A stretch of 64,000 nt of DNA from Takakia lepidozioides (GCA_030704615.1 CM060732.1:72354001-72418000); one strand, 5' to 3'; positions 52,431 through 64,000 are shown, numbered from the stretch's first letter. Numbers and translations are program-made. The notes: generated by a model not told the origin, from the sequence alone.

Positions 52431-54079
52431 GATTCAACCTCATCCAGAGCATCAAACCGATTAGAAACTCTCAAGTTGAAGTTGTTGCCCTTGGTTGTCT
52501 TCCTAGAGCGCCCCATTGAATCACCAATGTCTAAGACCGCTCTCAAGGGACGAACTTCTTTGAGATTGAATTGATGCGGGACTCTATTAGAAGCACTTTT
52601 GGTCATTGCAACCTTCAACGTACCCCTGTTATCAAGTCTCGAGATGGTACCATTAGCCATGAAATCCAAGCCTAAGCTAGAGCATGTAGTTTTAAAGGAC
52701 ACATCGTCCATCCTGGGATTCACCCCAAAAACTACACATGAAGCCCTAGATTTGGCATAAGTAACCAATTCCCAGGGATCACCCTGAGGAGTGTTGATGT
52801 TGATAGGAGCTAAATTTTTTATTGTGTTCGCAGGCCATAAGTTTAAGCACAGGAACCAACCCGAGCCCAAGTGCCGAGTATGCTAGACAGAGCATACGAC
52901 TGCCCAATTTGGGCGGAGGGGCTGCCCCCAAGCGGTAGGAGTCCGCTTGTTACCATTCAGAGATCACACTCCAGGGAGTTGCAGGGAATGCCTGCGTAGG
53001 CATATTCTAAAGAGGGAAAGGCCCCAAGCTTTCCAACTAAATCCAATGCACTACCTTACCTGAAGCAAAGCGCTTCAGGTCGAAACAAACAAGGACACGA
53101 GGTCACAAGGTTGGCATTTAGTCACAGAAACATTAATGTACTCCCGGTTCAAGTCCACCCAATGTCAATAGGCTTCCTAGAGGACAGGGAGAGAGCAAAA
53201 GAAGAGAGAGAACAACAAAAGGGCTGAACCGGGCCAGCGTCTCAAACAAGAGGGGCAAAACACTGAGAAGGTTAAATCTTTCTGGAAAGACAAGCGGCGC
53301 CACAGCCATCGATTGATTTCATGAGCTTCCATCTTGCTACTGTTGTACTGAACAATTTGCATTGTCACGGAGCTACTTGCATATTTGGGGAGACGTGTGC
53401 ATTCATATTGTGATTTGTGATGCGTGGCAGCGATTGATGGAGCTTGAGGGGTTTAAGGTTGTTTTGAGACACAATCATGTACACTTTCCAAGCTCAAAAG
53501 TTGGAAAGGCCAACTAAAGGCCGAGAGTGAGTCCATTTCATTTGATACAACAATAAATGCATTGTCGGAAAATACATGTACATCTGTGCACCAATCGCAT
53601 GACACAGTTGACATATTGACAAAGCACAATGAGCAAAATCTATTGCAGTAGATGATTTCACCACTTGAGCACCCCAGCAGGTGGGGTCCTGATATGACCC
53701 AACCCACAAGAGTAGCAGAGAAACCTCACTTCAAGACTGATACCGTTCTGAAGGAAACATGGAAATGCACAAAGATTTGTAAGCGGTCCCCATTGGGAAC
53801 TCTGTCATTGAGCGATTGCAGAGGGGCAACCAAAAGACACTAATTGATCCCAGGAAAGCAGACTCTATCAGATATCCTTGATCTGGCCTGCTGGCCCTCA
53901 TGGTGGGAACTGTATGTGCCCACAGTGACAGCATACATTTCGAGAAGTATCTTTGTAAGCACCTGTTTCGTGCCCAAGACCAAAATCAGGGGGGTTGTGG
54001 TACCCCCCATATAACCACCTGCACTAGACCTCCCTCATTTTTAACATGGGGAAACTTAATACAGCCTAAAAAGGGTTAA

Positions 54080-56490
54080 CTACCGTCGCGGCTCCAACCC
54101 AGAAGGCACTGTCCAATTCATTAGGTTGCGAAGCTCATCGTAGAGGACAAGAATGAGGGCTGCTCCAGTACCTCGAACCATGTTTGTCACCGCCCCCTTA
54201 TAAAAGGCCAAAACTCCCTCCATTTGGTAGATCTTCTTCCAGCAATCAAGTGTGTTATCATACATGTGTTTTTCAAGACCCGACTGCATCATCATGCGGC
54301 GCCGCACAGTATCCAGTGGATAAGAGATCAGGCCAGCTGATGTGGTCACTGCCTGGGCAATCAGCCAGCGTTTCCAAAAGGAGAGTTTAGAGTCCTTGGA
54401 GAAAACATCCTTCGCTGTATCAAAACCCCCAAAGTAGACACTCCGGTGTACGACCATACCATGGACAGAAGCAGGGAACCCGCGGTAGACTCCCCGAAGA
54501 CCATCCTTGCGGTAGATTGTGCGGAGAAAGTCTGTGAGCCCTTTGAACTGCCGGGCATCACCACGCCCTATGTCGGCTGCCAACCGAGTATGGGCAATAT
54601 CCAAAGGATAAACAAACACCAGGCTCGTGCAACCTGCCATAGCACCTGCCAGAAAATTGGCCGGTGCTCGGGCCAGTGTGCCCTCCTCAAAGCTCTTACC
54701 TGATGTCAGCATGGCCTTGTAAAAATCCTGCATGAACAACGAACTCCCTGCCTTAGTAGCTTATATTCAAGAGAGAATAAGGGCTGACCAGCAACAACAA
54801 AGACCAAAATGATTAGGCAGCTATTTGGCCTGGCAATTCAAGTAAGAACGATCACCACCTCTGACTAGCAAGTTGAAAGCATTTGACAAAAAGAGCAGCT
54901 AAGCCATCAACAGTGACTACATAAAGTCCATGTGGGGAGGTTTAGTCCTTGTGTTCAACTGACAAGTGGTTAGAACTAGTGTTGACTAGCGAGAAAACAT
55001 TGAAGAAAATTAGGGTTTCGGGCTGCAAGTGGGAACTGACTGAAGAGCGGGAGGGCTGTATGAAGTCCACAATGAGGGTCCCAGCTGCAGTCTTTTGGCT
55101 TCTGTACCTATGATTGTACTGATTTTCCTGGTGGAGTCTGCACTGTACGGTAGGCAAGCATTCACAGCAGGACACACCAAAAGAAAGACCTTTATATTGA
55201 TCTGAAGAGACAGCAGATGGATATGGAGGGCAGAAACATTCGTGCTTCTGCTGATGGTCCAAATGAAGTGTTGCCACTAAGATCACATGATGCTTTCGAT
55301 TTCTGAGTTGGATGTGGATCGAGAACCTAGAGCTATGGTCAAACTGGTAACCAATCAGTGCAAATGTGCCACACAGTCCCTTACACAGAACATACGCAAT
55401 GAACTGCCACAAAGGTAACCTTGTCTACACTGCAAAGTTGATAACACCAGAACCAATAACGATTAGCCAAAACCTTCAACCTTGAATCTCCGCCTGAGCA
55501 GCACAAGTTATGAAGAGATAAACCTCTCAAGGCACCCTTTACAAAGTCTCAGCCTTGTTGTACCTCTAAATGGACCAGATTCCACATACTTTACAGGCCG
55601 AATCTACGGCGTTCAACATCATGTACATCAAGCTAACAATCAGGGGACCATCGTTCAGGGGAGCCGCTTCTGCCCGACGTTTTTCGTTCTTCAGAGTTAA
55701 CCAAAATGGGCTTGCTTTCTCATCAGATTGACACGATGAAACGAAACAGGACCTCCAAAGAAACGAGGAATGAAAAGAGAAGACAGCTAGAATTTAGAAA
55801 GGGAACAACTGCTCTGCTCACCAGCGAGGGTTTTAAACAAGGCAGCTAGACAGAGAACAACTGGTCACGAAAGGAAAGATTAAAGCTTCTAAGCTTAAAT
55901 CACCATCGAAAGGACCTTATGTCATACAGAAGATGTATGATAACGAGGGGTTTAACATACAGTACCGAAAGCAAGGCTCTGCACTGCCACAGCAACAAAA
56001 TGAGGAAGACGAGATGCGACCAGTGTATGCTGCATAGAGACCATGCCCCGTTTGCAACGAAGGCGGGGCAAGAGGAAAGTGACGGGACAGACGGAGAGGA
56101 AGTGCGTACGACCTTGAAAGCAAAATTGATGGCGAGCGAGGGATAGTACCGCATGACACTGCTGGTGTTGCCACGCCAAAGTGACAGTACGCCCTCATTT
56201 TTCGCAATCCTCACTATGCAATCCAACAAACCCTTGTAGGGCAGATGCTTCCCCTCCCGGACGACCATGTTGCTGTCCTGTGTTTGCAAGAGCAGCTTCG
56301 CCCGCTCTACAGGGGCAACAATCGTGTGTGCCACACCTCCCATGAGTGCACCGGCCATCAGATCCCTCGGAAAATTGGTCCATGCTGCTTGCGTTTGCTC
56401 CCCTTGCTTTGCCCGATGTTGTCTCTCTGCTTGCACGTCTGGATCTAGAGCCATGGCACTGATCTGCAACAGGGAAGGCAGCGGACTCAT
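54080..56490 (-). CDS. PM-ANT1: Mitochondrial-carrier-family ADP/ATP carrier, PM-ANT1 (At5g56450)-like; exons 56490-56113 and 54727-54080
   Basis: GGVAHTIVAPVERAKLLLQTQ, LWRGN.SSV.RYYP, YPLDIAHTRLAADIG, RRRMMM signature. In-frame GT-AG intron FAFK|DFYK. Start could instead be the ATG at 56454. Confidence 0.9.
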
Positions 56491-57049
56491 TTTCTTCAAC
56501 TCTTCCCTTCATCGTTGCTCTCGCTTCGCTCACTACAGGGGTCTCCTTCATTCATTATTCCCCCTTCTCTTCCTCTCTCCCCCGCCCCTCTTCTCCTTCC
56601 CCCCACTCGATCTTCCCTCTCTCGCACCAGCTGCTATCCGCTTGCATGCGAATGGGCAAGGAAGAAAGAAATGAAGGAAGGGAGGAAGGGAGGGGAGGTT
56701 GCTCTTGAGCGACAGACAAAGAGAAGAGACAAGAAGTCTCGCTGACTTCCATCTCCCCTTTTTTATTTTTATTTTTATTTTTATTTTTCTCGCGCTACTA
56801 TTGTTTCCCCTGTTTAATAACTAAGCTCAAGCCTCACGGGGCTGCCGACCCGGTCGACTTTCCAAATACGTGGACAGATTCCACGTTTTTGTCCTGCGCA
56901 GAGAGTTGTACTTGCAGACTACGGAATTCTGCCCCCACATTTATGGATCTACACAGGTGTCTCAGATCCAAGTAGGTCTTCACTACAGATAAGATCCTGG
57001 CCCTCCAAGTTCTCAAGATTCTCGACCACTACCCTCGTGACAAGCGTCT

Positions 57050-58160
57050 CAAACATAACAGGCGGTTCCGGTTGCTTCAAATTTTAGGAAACTATTAACC
57101 TGCGGTTGCGGTTATTTAATTTTTTTATAGCTAGATACGGTTACTTGCAAAAACCTCAAATAACAGGTGGTTTTCATCAAATAACCACGGGTATTGGGCG
57201 GTTCTTTCAAAGGTTCTTGGCAAGGTTATCTGAATGCCTGACCTCTGCCGGTTCCTAACGGACCGGTTACTTCATTTTTTCAACCTCCGCCGGTCATATA
57301 TATATAACCGGATAGGTAACCGCCGGGTATTAGAGAGAAATCTAAACCGCCCAACATTGATATGCTCTCTGGCCAGGACTGGTATGTCCATTTTTTAATA
57401 CCAGACTGGTCCTGGTATCAAACCTGGGTCCCACCCTTTTTTCATATCAGGCTGGTATAAGTATCTATATAGACATGAGCAACTTGGGTATGAATCTGGT
57501 ATGAATTTTTATATTTTGGGCTGTATATGAGTATGGTACTGATATTGGGGGTATATGAGCAGTGGTATGGTGTTTCATCCGTGACATTAATATCTCGCGT
57601 GATGTCAAAAACCATTTTTCAGACTCTATCACTGAGCTCGCTGATCTCCTGGAATCCATGTTCATATGTCGTGATGTCAAAAACCATTTCTGAGATTGAT
57701 CACTAATCTCGTATCATCTCTGCTGATCTCCTGGAAACAGATCTCCTGGAAACAGATTTAGATATAATTTAAGGTTTATGGTTATTCGAGTATACTGTTA
57801 TTTAGTCCTAGATCTTAGTACCTGGATTTTTAATTTGTAACAGGTTTCAGCTGGCTATTAAAGCCGCACAGATCATCGAGCCTAACGCCAAACCTAATGC
57901 CATCACCATATTCATACCTAGCTCTGTCCACCATAAATTTGCCGTCCGTACGGGTATCGTGACCACACTGCACTTGCTCTTACCCAGACTGGTATGGTAT
58001 GTGTTGGAGGGGGGGGGGGGATCCTAAAAAACATACTCCCCCCAATATGTGTATCACATGGGTTCTTTCATACCCGACTGGTATGTTCTTCAATATATAT
58101 GTATTCATACCTGTATTCCATACCTAGGTTCAACTAGGTATACCAGTCCAACATTGGACT
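57050..58160. mobile_element. Small non-autonomous DNA-transposon-like remnants
   Basis: Clusters of GGCGGTT/AACCG and ACCAGACTGGT/GGTATG subterminal-type repeats, each ending ...CCAACATTG (~57359, ~58157). No TSD established. Confidence 0.35.
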
Positions 58161-58882
58161 TTACCTCTTAGGTCAAGAAGCAAAGCAAAACAGAAAGTAA
58201 AACAAAAAAAATGAGTCATGGTCTACTCATACTATCATAAGACTGGCAGTCTTTTTGTTTTTTGGCAGTTTTTAAATTTTTATTTTATTTTTTGCTTTCC
58301 AAACCTGGATGGATGAGCCTGGTAAGGTTAGCATCTTAGAACACCAAATTGACTCCCGAACCATCCGCCATTTTCACTGGACGATGAAGAAACTTTATCT
58401 TTATCTTATCATCTTTTTTTTACCCCCTTACAGAATGATTATTTCTTCGATTCCCTGTGTAGATTATCATATATACATGTATACAATACCCCCTCTTTTC
58501 AATTCCTGGACCATCCTTTAATAGACAGCGCCCACCAACTCAGGGGGCTTTGTTTGGTTCAACTTGGGAACCCAATATCCCTCATGTGATGCGACACGCC
58601 CTTTTGTTGTTTCTTTTTCCTTTCCCACATGCAAATTATTGCCACACATAGTTTTCGGCACCTAACTTTCTTTCCGTCATATTATTTTCAAAGCAACTTA
58701 GGGGATATGACAATGGTCATCAAGCGTAAATGTTTGTATATGTCGTGCCGTTAAAAAGCAGTATTCATGGGGGTGCACTCCACCTGGCGGAATGCACCCC
58801 ATCAGCTCCATCGAGTGCATTCCGAAATGCAGAATGCACCAGCCATTAGATTTTTTTTTTTTAAATTGACATTTCTTTATGC

Positions 58883-59294
58883 AGGGTAACTCCCCTCGTG
58901 TTGTGCATTCCCGGATTTTTGGGCCTTTCCCCGGGCTACCGCCCTCGGCGTCAAGCCCTTAAATCCGGGAACTCAGGGCACTACCCTATACGTAAGAACC
59001 TCATTGGAAAATCCTAGTGTATTTTGTGGGGCTTTAAAAAGCATAATTCCCATTTATCCTGTTACGCTGTCGAGCCTATGGGGGCCCGTAATCTCAGATT
59101 ACGCATAAAAAGACCAGTAATTCAGGACCTTGTAACCTTGTAATTCTGGATATTCTCGATATGCATTCAGTTTTTACAGGAGTAAAGTCCTGTAACGCGA
59201 TCTTTATGCAATTCAAGCTTCCCACGCCCTCGGGCTACCGCCCTGGGGGCTATGGAATCTTGAATCGCATAAAGCCCTCGTTGCAGGACTTTAC
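58883..59294. repeat. Two long fold-back palindromes (58883-58987, 59182-59294) sharing the core GGGC-TACC-GCCC
   Basis: Second one: GTAAAGTCCTGTAACG...GCCCTCGGGC TACC GCCCTGGGGGC...CGTTGCAGGACTTTAC, ~55-bp imperfect arms. Confidence 0.8.
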
Positions 59295-59309
59295 ACATAG
59301 GGGGTAATG

Positions 59310-59610
59310 CCAAGCATTAGATGGGGCCCTGGAGTTGAATGCGAGGGAGCCGGTTCAGCCAGCGTGGACCCCCCCCCCGCCCCCCCATGCCCACCCCCGC
59401 CTCCGTCGCCCACACACCGCACGGCCCCTGCCACGCGGCACGCCTCCCCGCGCCTCATGTGCCCGCTGCGGGGACATGAGACGTGTCCTCACCCGCATCC
59501 CCATCCCACCTCCCATCCTGGGCATGCCATCGTCGTCCATCCCCCATGCATGCCTTCACACTCCCCATGCATGCCATTGCATCCATATGACCCCATGCAT
59601 CTAAAATGAC
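59310..59610 (+). repeat. Diverged relative of the Pack-MULE TIR
   Basis: GGGGCCCTGGAGTTGAATGC...GCGTGGACCCC...CCCCGCCTCCG...CCCCATGCAT resembles GAGGCCCGGGAGTTGAATGC...GCGTGGCCCCACCCCCGCC...CCCCATGAAT. Confidence 0.45.
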
Positions 59611-60904
59611 TAGGGTAGGTGGAGAATACACGTACCAGCTTTCGCTTTCGTTTCTATTGTTGGCGTACCGCGTCCCGTCATGCGTCAATTGGGTAGACAA
59701 CATTGGGCAATCGTTACGATGCAGGATGTATTCGCCGTGTTCGAAGGTTGCAACGCTTGCGCAACAAACGTATCTTGCATGCAGGTCCTTGTTATCGCTC
59801 CAGAACGATCAACAGTACCATTGCGCTTCTTTGGATTTTCATTGTTCTCTTCGTCCAGTTTGTACCTTGCGGGTGAGTGATTTCTGTAATCAGGGATGCC
59901 TCGGCGTGAGCTTGGTCACGTGAGCACGTGAGCGCGTGAGCGCAACTACGCTCACGCCACGTCACGGGGCTCACTCCACGTCATCACACGTGAAGGCCGC
60001 GTCACCACGCGCCCAGAAAGAAGTGGAGTGTATTCCCGCGGATTGGCACCCTTTACCGCGGAAACAAGCTGGACGACATAATAAAAGGCATTGAATAAAG
60101 GATGGATGAATGTACAGTTGGATGATAAACAGATGGATGAGTGTGAAAAATGAATGTAGATGGATGAATGAGGGATGGATAAGAGTAAAATGGATGAATG
60201 TATAATGGATGTTGAGCAATGACAAAAATTCATGACAGGAAGATGCATGACCAAATCTTTTGACGAATGCACCTCGTATATGAAATGAGTGTGGAAGGTT
60301 TGTGGGGTGGATTAAAGAGTACAGAGGATGAATGTACAATGGATGTTGTACAAAGGAAAAAATTCATGAATGGAGCACGCATGAATACAGTGTAGATGAA
60401 TGCACAATGGATATGAGAAGAGTCAGGGAGGTTTGTGAGATGGATTCATACATATTGCAATTTAAACAAAAGGTGATTCTGTGATTATTATTTGTTCTAA
60501 AGGAACAACTACGGTGGAGGAAGGGGATTCAACGTTTTCCAGATAATATGAAAATGAATATTAAAATAATACAGTTCAGTCTGACTCAGAGTCAGTACAA
60601 TGTATCCCCGCTTCCTCTGCATCTAAGTCTAAGTATTTTAGAACACCGGATCCACGCTGGATACACCTACGGCTGGCCACTAAAAAGTCAGGGGATAGGG
60701 ACTCGGCCGCGTGAAGTGCCATTGCCTCGGCATAAACAGGAAGAAGAAAATTGGAAAGGGGGCTGTCGAAAACAGACTCGCCAGAAATGACTGTATCTCC
60801 TGAAGATCCACCGCTGCCTGTCCTGAAAGACAGCCTGAAGAGTTATTACTGTAACTTTGATGTTATCGAGAAATTGAGTATGACTCCCAAAGAGGGTTTA
60901 GCAC

Positions 60905-61479
60905 TTACTCACATGAAAAGTCGTTGTCGACCTGCTTATCTTCGGGATCGTCATCATTTCGAATTTGAATCCGATCAGTCTGTGTGCCTGAAGTGGAGCC
61001 AGACAAAAGGGGGAGGAGCACTGTGTTGTAGAGGTCAGAATCACCCTCCATGCCAAAAAGGCTTCTTCCGCCTGCCTTGCATGCGTGGTAAGTTGCTCCT
61101 GCACCAGACAGGAGAACATGAACAGTTTGGAGGGGGGGATTTAAGCAGATGAAACTGTTGAAAGGAAACCAATTCGGAAGGGAAAAAACGAACCTGTGGA
61201 CACAGAAAGATCGACCACCCGTGCAGAGCGGTGGCTGCATGACTCCAGCAGTATTTGCATGAACGCTGATGACTTTTCCTTTGCACCTCTCCAGGGAGTG
61301 TCATCTGGTCTCTTCAGAGTCTGACTGGACTGCATGAAGTTGTACAAAATGTCATCGACATGGGGCTCATAGGGGGGGTTGACGAAACAACCCTGGTTAG
61401 AAATCTCAAAGCTGCGAATGGAGGATGGTGTCTTTGAGGTGCAAATCCTCCACAGGCAGATCGCCTCGAACATCCTCGT
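60905..61479 (-). CDS. Two spliced exons (61479-61194, 61098-60905) of an N4C/N6A DNA-methyltransferase-like protein; 5' exons not found
   Basis: Spliced product ..GCFVNPPYEP..PWRGAKEKSSAFMQILLESCSHRSARVVDLSVSTG|ATYHACKAGGRSLFGMEGDSDLY.. follows the beta-class pattern K(P)..L...LI...S..GD.VLD.F.GSGTT..A....GR..IG.E.D..Y. The 95-nt GT-AG intron is in frame. Confidence 0.6.
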
Positions 61480-62359
61480 CTGGCAAAGATAGCAGGTTAG
61501 TGTGGTAATGGCTTCATGACATCCACGACTGTATGGCTTATGTAAACATTCGCATATTTTCGCCAGGTGCCATAGCTTGGGTCATGGTTGCTATATCCTG
61601 TACATACATGTGAGGTTCTAGTATGGAAAATGGTCACCAAACCCCTTGCATACCACTTGGATGCAACAATGTTTACAGTCACTGAGGGAGCTCATTCCAT
61701 GTCATTGCAACGCACCAAATCTCCTTACAAAAGATGAAAATGAATGCAAGGGATGCGACTTCACAATTGGCGTTTTCTTTCACCACGGAAATGCTATGAA
61801 TACTGTAATACCATTTCCATGCAACATAACAACTTCGCCTGGCATACAAAATCACGTTAATCAAGGGTGAAATGCAGGCATGGAGCGAAGGGAATATGGA
61901 TATGTACTCTGTTGCATTCATAAAATGTACAATGTAGCTTTAAGAACGAACTCCTCCATACATTCCATAGAAAACAAGAGAACTTTGCAGTTTCCTCAAC
62001 TTCCAGCCTATGCGGTTTATTTGGCCTGGCCCTTCACAGTTCGCGACGATCCAACATGCATCAATATTTTCAGTCACTGAGCGAGCTCATTCCATTTGCA
62101 TGTGCAACGCAACAAGTGTCTTTACAGAAGAAGATGAAACAGAATGCCATGAAACGTCATGAAAACAGACGCATTCTTACACTCAGCATACTGCAATGTC
62201 ATTGTGGCCAAGCAAGAAAAAATGGAATCGTCATAAGAAGACATCTGAATTTCCGCCTGCCGCATCCTCATCAGGATGTGTACAATTGCCTCTTTGCATT
62301 CGTTCGTTCAGGCACAGGTGGCAGATGACGCTTTCTACCGCGTGCCTCCAGAATTCCTT

Positions 62360-64000
62360 CTATCTCACAAGTGAGTTGGTGTTTCCATCGTCAACCTCAA
62401 TGAGAGTGGGGTCGTCTTGGGGATGATGAATACCCTCCTCCATTGTGGACGTCAAATCGCAAATTTTCCCTTTGGCTGCTCGAACCCTAACAAGAAGGTG
62501 TTGCTGTAAAACCGTGCTCTGTCTGGTCATGTCGAGAATCCGCTCGAACTCAGTTGATATCATTCCCAACAATGGCAGTCCTGGACTTTTCTGAGACGAA
62601 TATGGTGATGAGTTGTGTGTGGAAGGAAGGGGAGGCGCTTTGGAGCGCATTGATGTGGGTGATTGCGGTGGTGCAAACAGGCTATGAAGGCCTCCTCTGC
62701 TGCTGCCAATAAGGCTTCCACAATATTTTGCTATGGTGCCATCTTCCAAGTTGGGGTGCATCATTTGCAAAACCTTCACCTGATGTGCACACATATTCCC
62801 TTTGCGGGCATGACGACAATCGCAACACCCCCAGTTGGACTGTGGATTGTGAACCGTATAAGTAGTCCCGTCATCCCAAATACATTTGACAGTTGCGATG
62901 CCCCTTCTGTCTGCGGAAGGTTGACGGAATCTGTTTGGCAAGCAAAATAGAGCTATAGACGAAGCCTTCGAGTCGCTTATTACGGATGAAGCCATATGTT
63001 TTGGCATAGGACATATACCAGTAATGAGTGAGCAAATCACCTGTGAGTTCATGAATGAGCCAATCGACTCGTCTACTGACCAGTTTAGTCTTTGTGCATT
63101 TCAGCTGTGCCTTCAGATTTCCATGATAAGCTTCAATGGCGGCATTTGTGTCTTGTCTTGCGTGTGGAATGTTGCGAGAACCCAATGTCCACATCTTAGC
63201 TTCAGGAACCCACTCCTGCTCCAAGTTGTCACAAAATCCACTTAGAGTGGGGTACTTGAAATGCAAATTCACAAGTTCGCACACCGCCCATGCTTCACCT
63301 ACGTCGCCCTCGTTTTTTGACGCACTATACATGATTTTAGACATGTCTTGCATGACACATGCACGCAAATCTGCATCTTTGATCTTAGACACAACATTCT
63401 TTTGCCATGCTCTCCTCACATGCCAAAGGTATAGAAATACTGCAGGCTGCCCCCACATGGCCCTGACATAGAAAGACATGTGAGAACATTATAATGTGGA
63501 GAAGTGCAGAAAACCTCGGAGTTTCAAAGAGGTGTGAATTGACAATCACCTGATTGCTTTTATTTCAGCATCTGCGTCATCAACAATGAAAGCATGTGGG
63601 CACCATCCTGCCTAGTCACCCTGAAGCTTCCCGTTCAGTGCAGACATCCATGGCTCCAAATCGATTGCCTTTGATCTCGCTGTGATGATGAATGCAACTG
63701 GGATTCCATTCAACCACTGGTCGAATACCATCATGGTGTATAGCGGGTACTACATAAACAACAGTCAATGTACAACAATTCAGGCAAGTTTGAATGGAGA
63801 AAGATCTGAGGAGGACCTTTGTACAATGTGGGGATGCAATATGGCAAGTACACCCTAAACTTGACTTCAACGATTGTAATGAAGAAAAAACAGAGATCAC
63901 ACCTTCTTCCCATTGGTTCCGAAGGTGGCGTCGCAAGCGACAATTCTATGATGGCCAAATTTCAACATTTGATCTCGCTTCCACACTGTTTGTATGCCAA
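62360..64000 (-). pseudogene. Intron-containing MULE DDE transposase with SWIM zinc finger (At1g60560/At4g13970-like family)
   Basis: Exons ..63903, 63749-63550, 63462-~62360 encode FGHHRIVACDATFGTN|YPLYTMMVFD..GIPVAF..AFIVDDADAEIKAIR|..LWHVRRAW..TNAAIEAYHGNLK..RVDWLIHEL..CDCRHARKGNMCAH. Stop near 63613 and frameshift near 62920. Confidence 0.88.

Larger units (their letters stand above)
48350..53194 (-). mobile_element. Near full-length non-LTR retrotransposon (APE-RT-CCHC), 15-bp TSD
   Basis: TSD GCAAAAGAAGAGAGA at 48335-48349 and 53195-53209. EN motifs GQETW, LGDFNA, SDHFLV. RT motifs NYRGITLL, QAGFR, QGCTLSPLLF, FADD, YLGV. C-terminal CPLC..HFLIHC. Confidence 0.95.
46332..53435 (+). repeat. 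Tandem triplication of the PPR 3' CDS plus 3' flank (units start 46332, 47166, 48002); third unit split by the LINE
   Basis: Periods 834 and 836 bp, near-identical text. Third unit resumes at 53195 after the LINE and diverges near 53435. Confidence 0.93.
59891..64000 (-). mobile_element. CAGGG-ended MULE/SWIM-type DNA transposon (copy B; continues right of the window)
   Basis: Terminus CAGGGATGCC shared with copy A. Contains the transposase and methyltransferase-like exons. Confidence 0.85.

Noticed and set aside
1-64000. One giant composite transposon bounded by the two inverted copies
   Set aside because: The shared termini face inward and both copies extend out of the window; the inner flanks show no shared TSD.

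Overview
Eukaryotic nuclear DNA from a land plant, probably a non-seed plant such as a bryophyte (inferred from gene content and TE types). Host genes: eIF3c (3 exons, -), an intronless disabled TRF4/PAP2-type nucleotidyltransferase head-to-head with it, an ABCI11/NAP14-like plastid ABC ATPase (-), an EMB1006-like PPR protein (+) whose 3' end is tandemly triplicated, and a PM-ANT1-like ADP/ATP carrier (-). The rest is nested mobile DNA: two Ty3/Gypsy remnants; a decayed Rep-Pif1-endonuclease (Helentron-type) element split by a 6.7-kb Pack-MULE-like element (~250-bp TIRs, 9-bp TSD) carrying captured exons; a near-complete non-L1 LINE with a 15-bp TSD; CACTA-like ends; and two inverted copies (1-1229 and 59891-64000) of a CAGGG-ended DNA transposon. 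That transposon encodes an intron-containing MULE/SWIM DDE transposase and, downstream on the same strand, spliced exons with beta-class N4C/N6A DNA-methyltransferase-like motifs. This transposon-borne methyltransferase-like gene is the best candidate for an undescribed system. All homology calls come from motif recognition; no searches were run.
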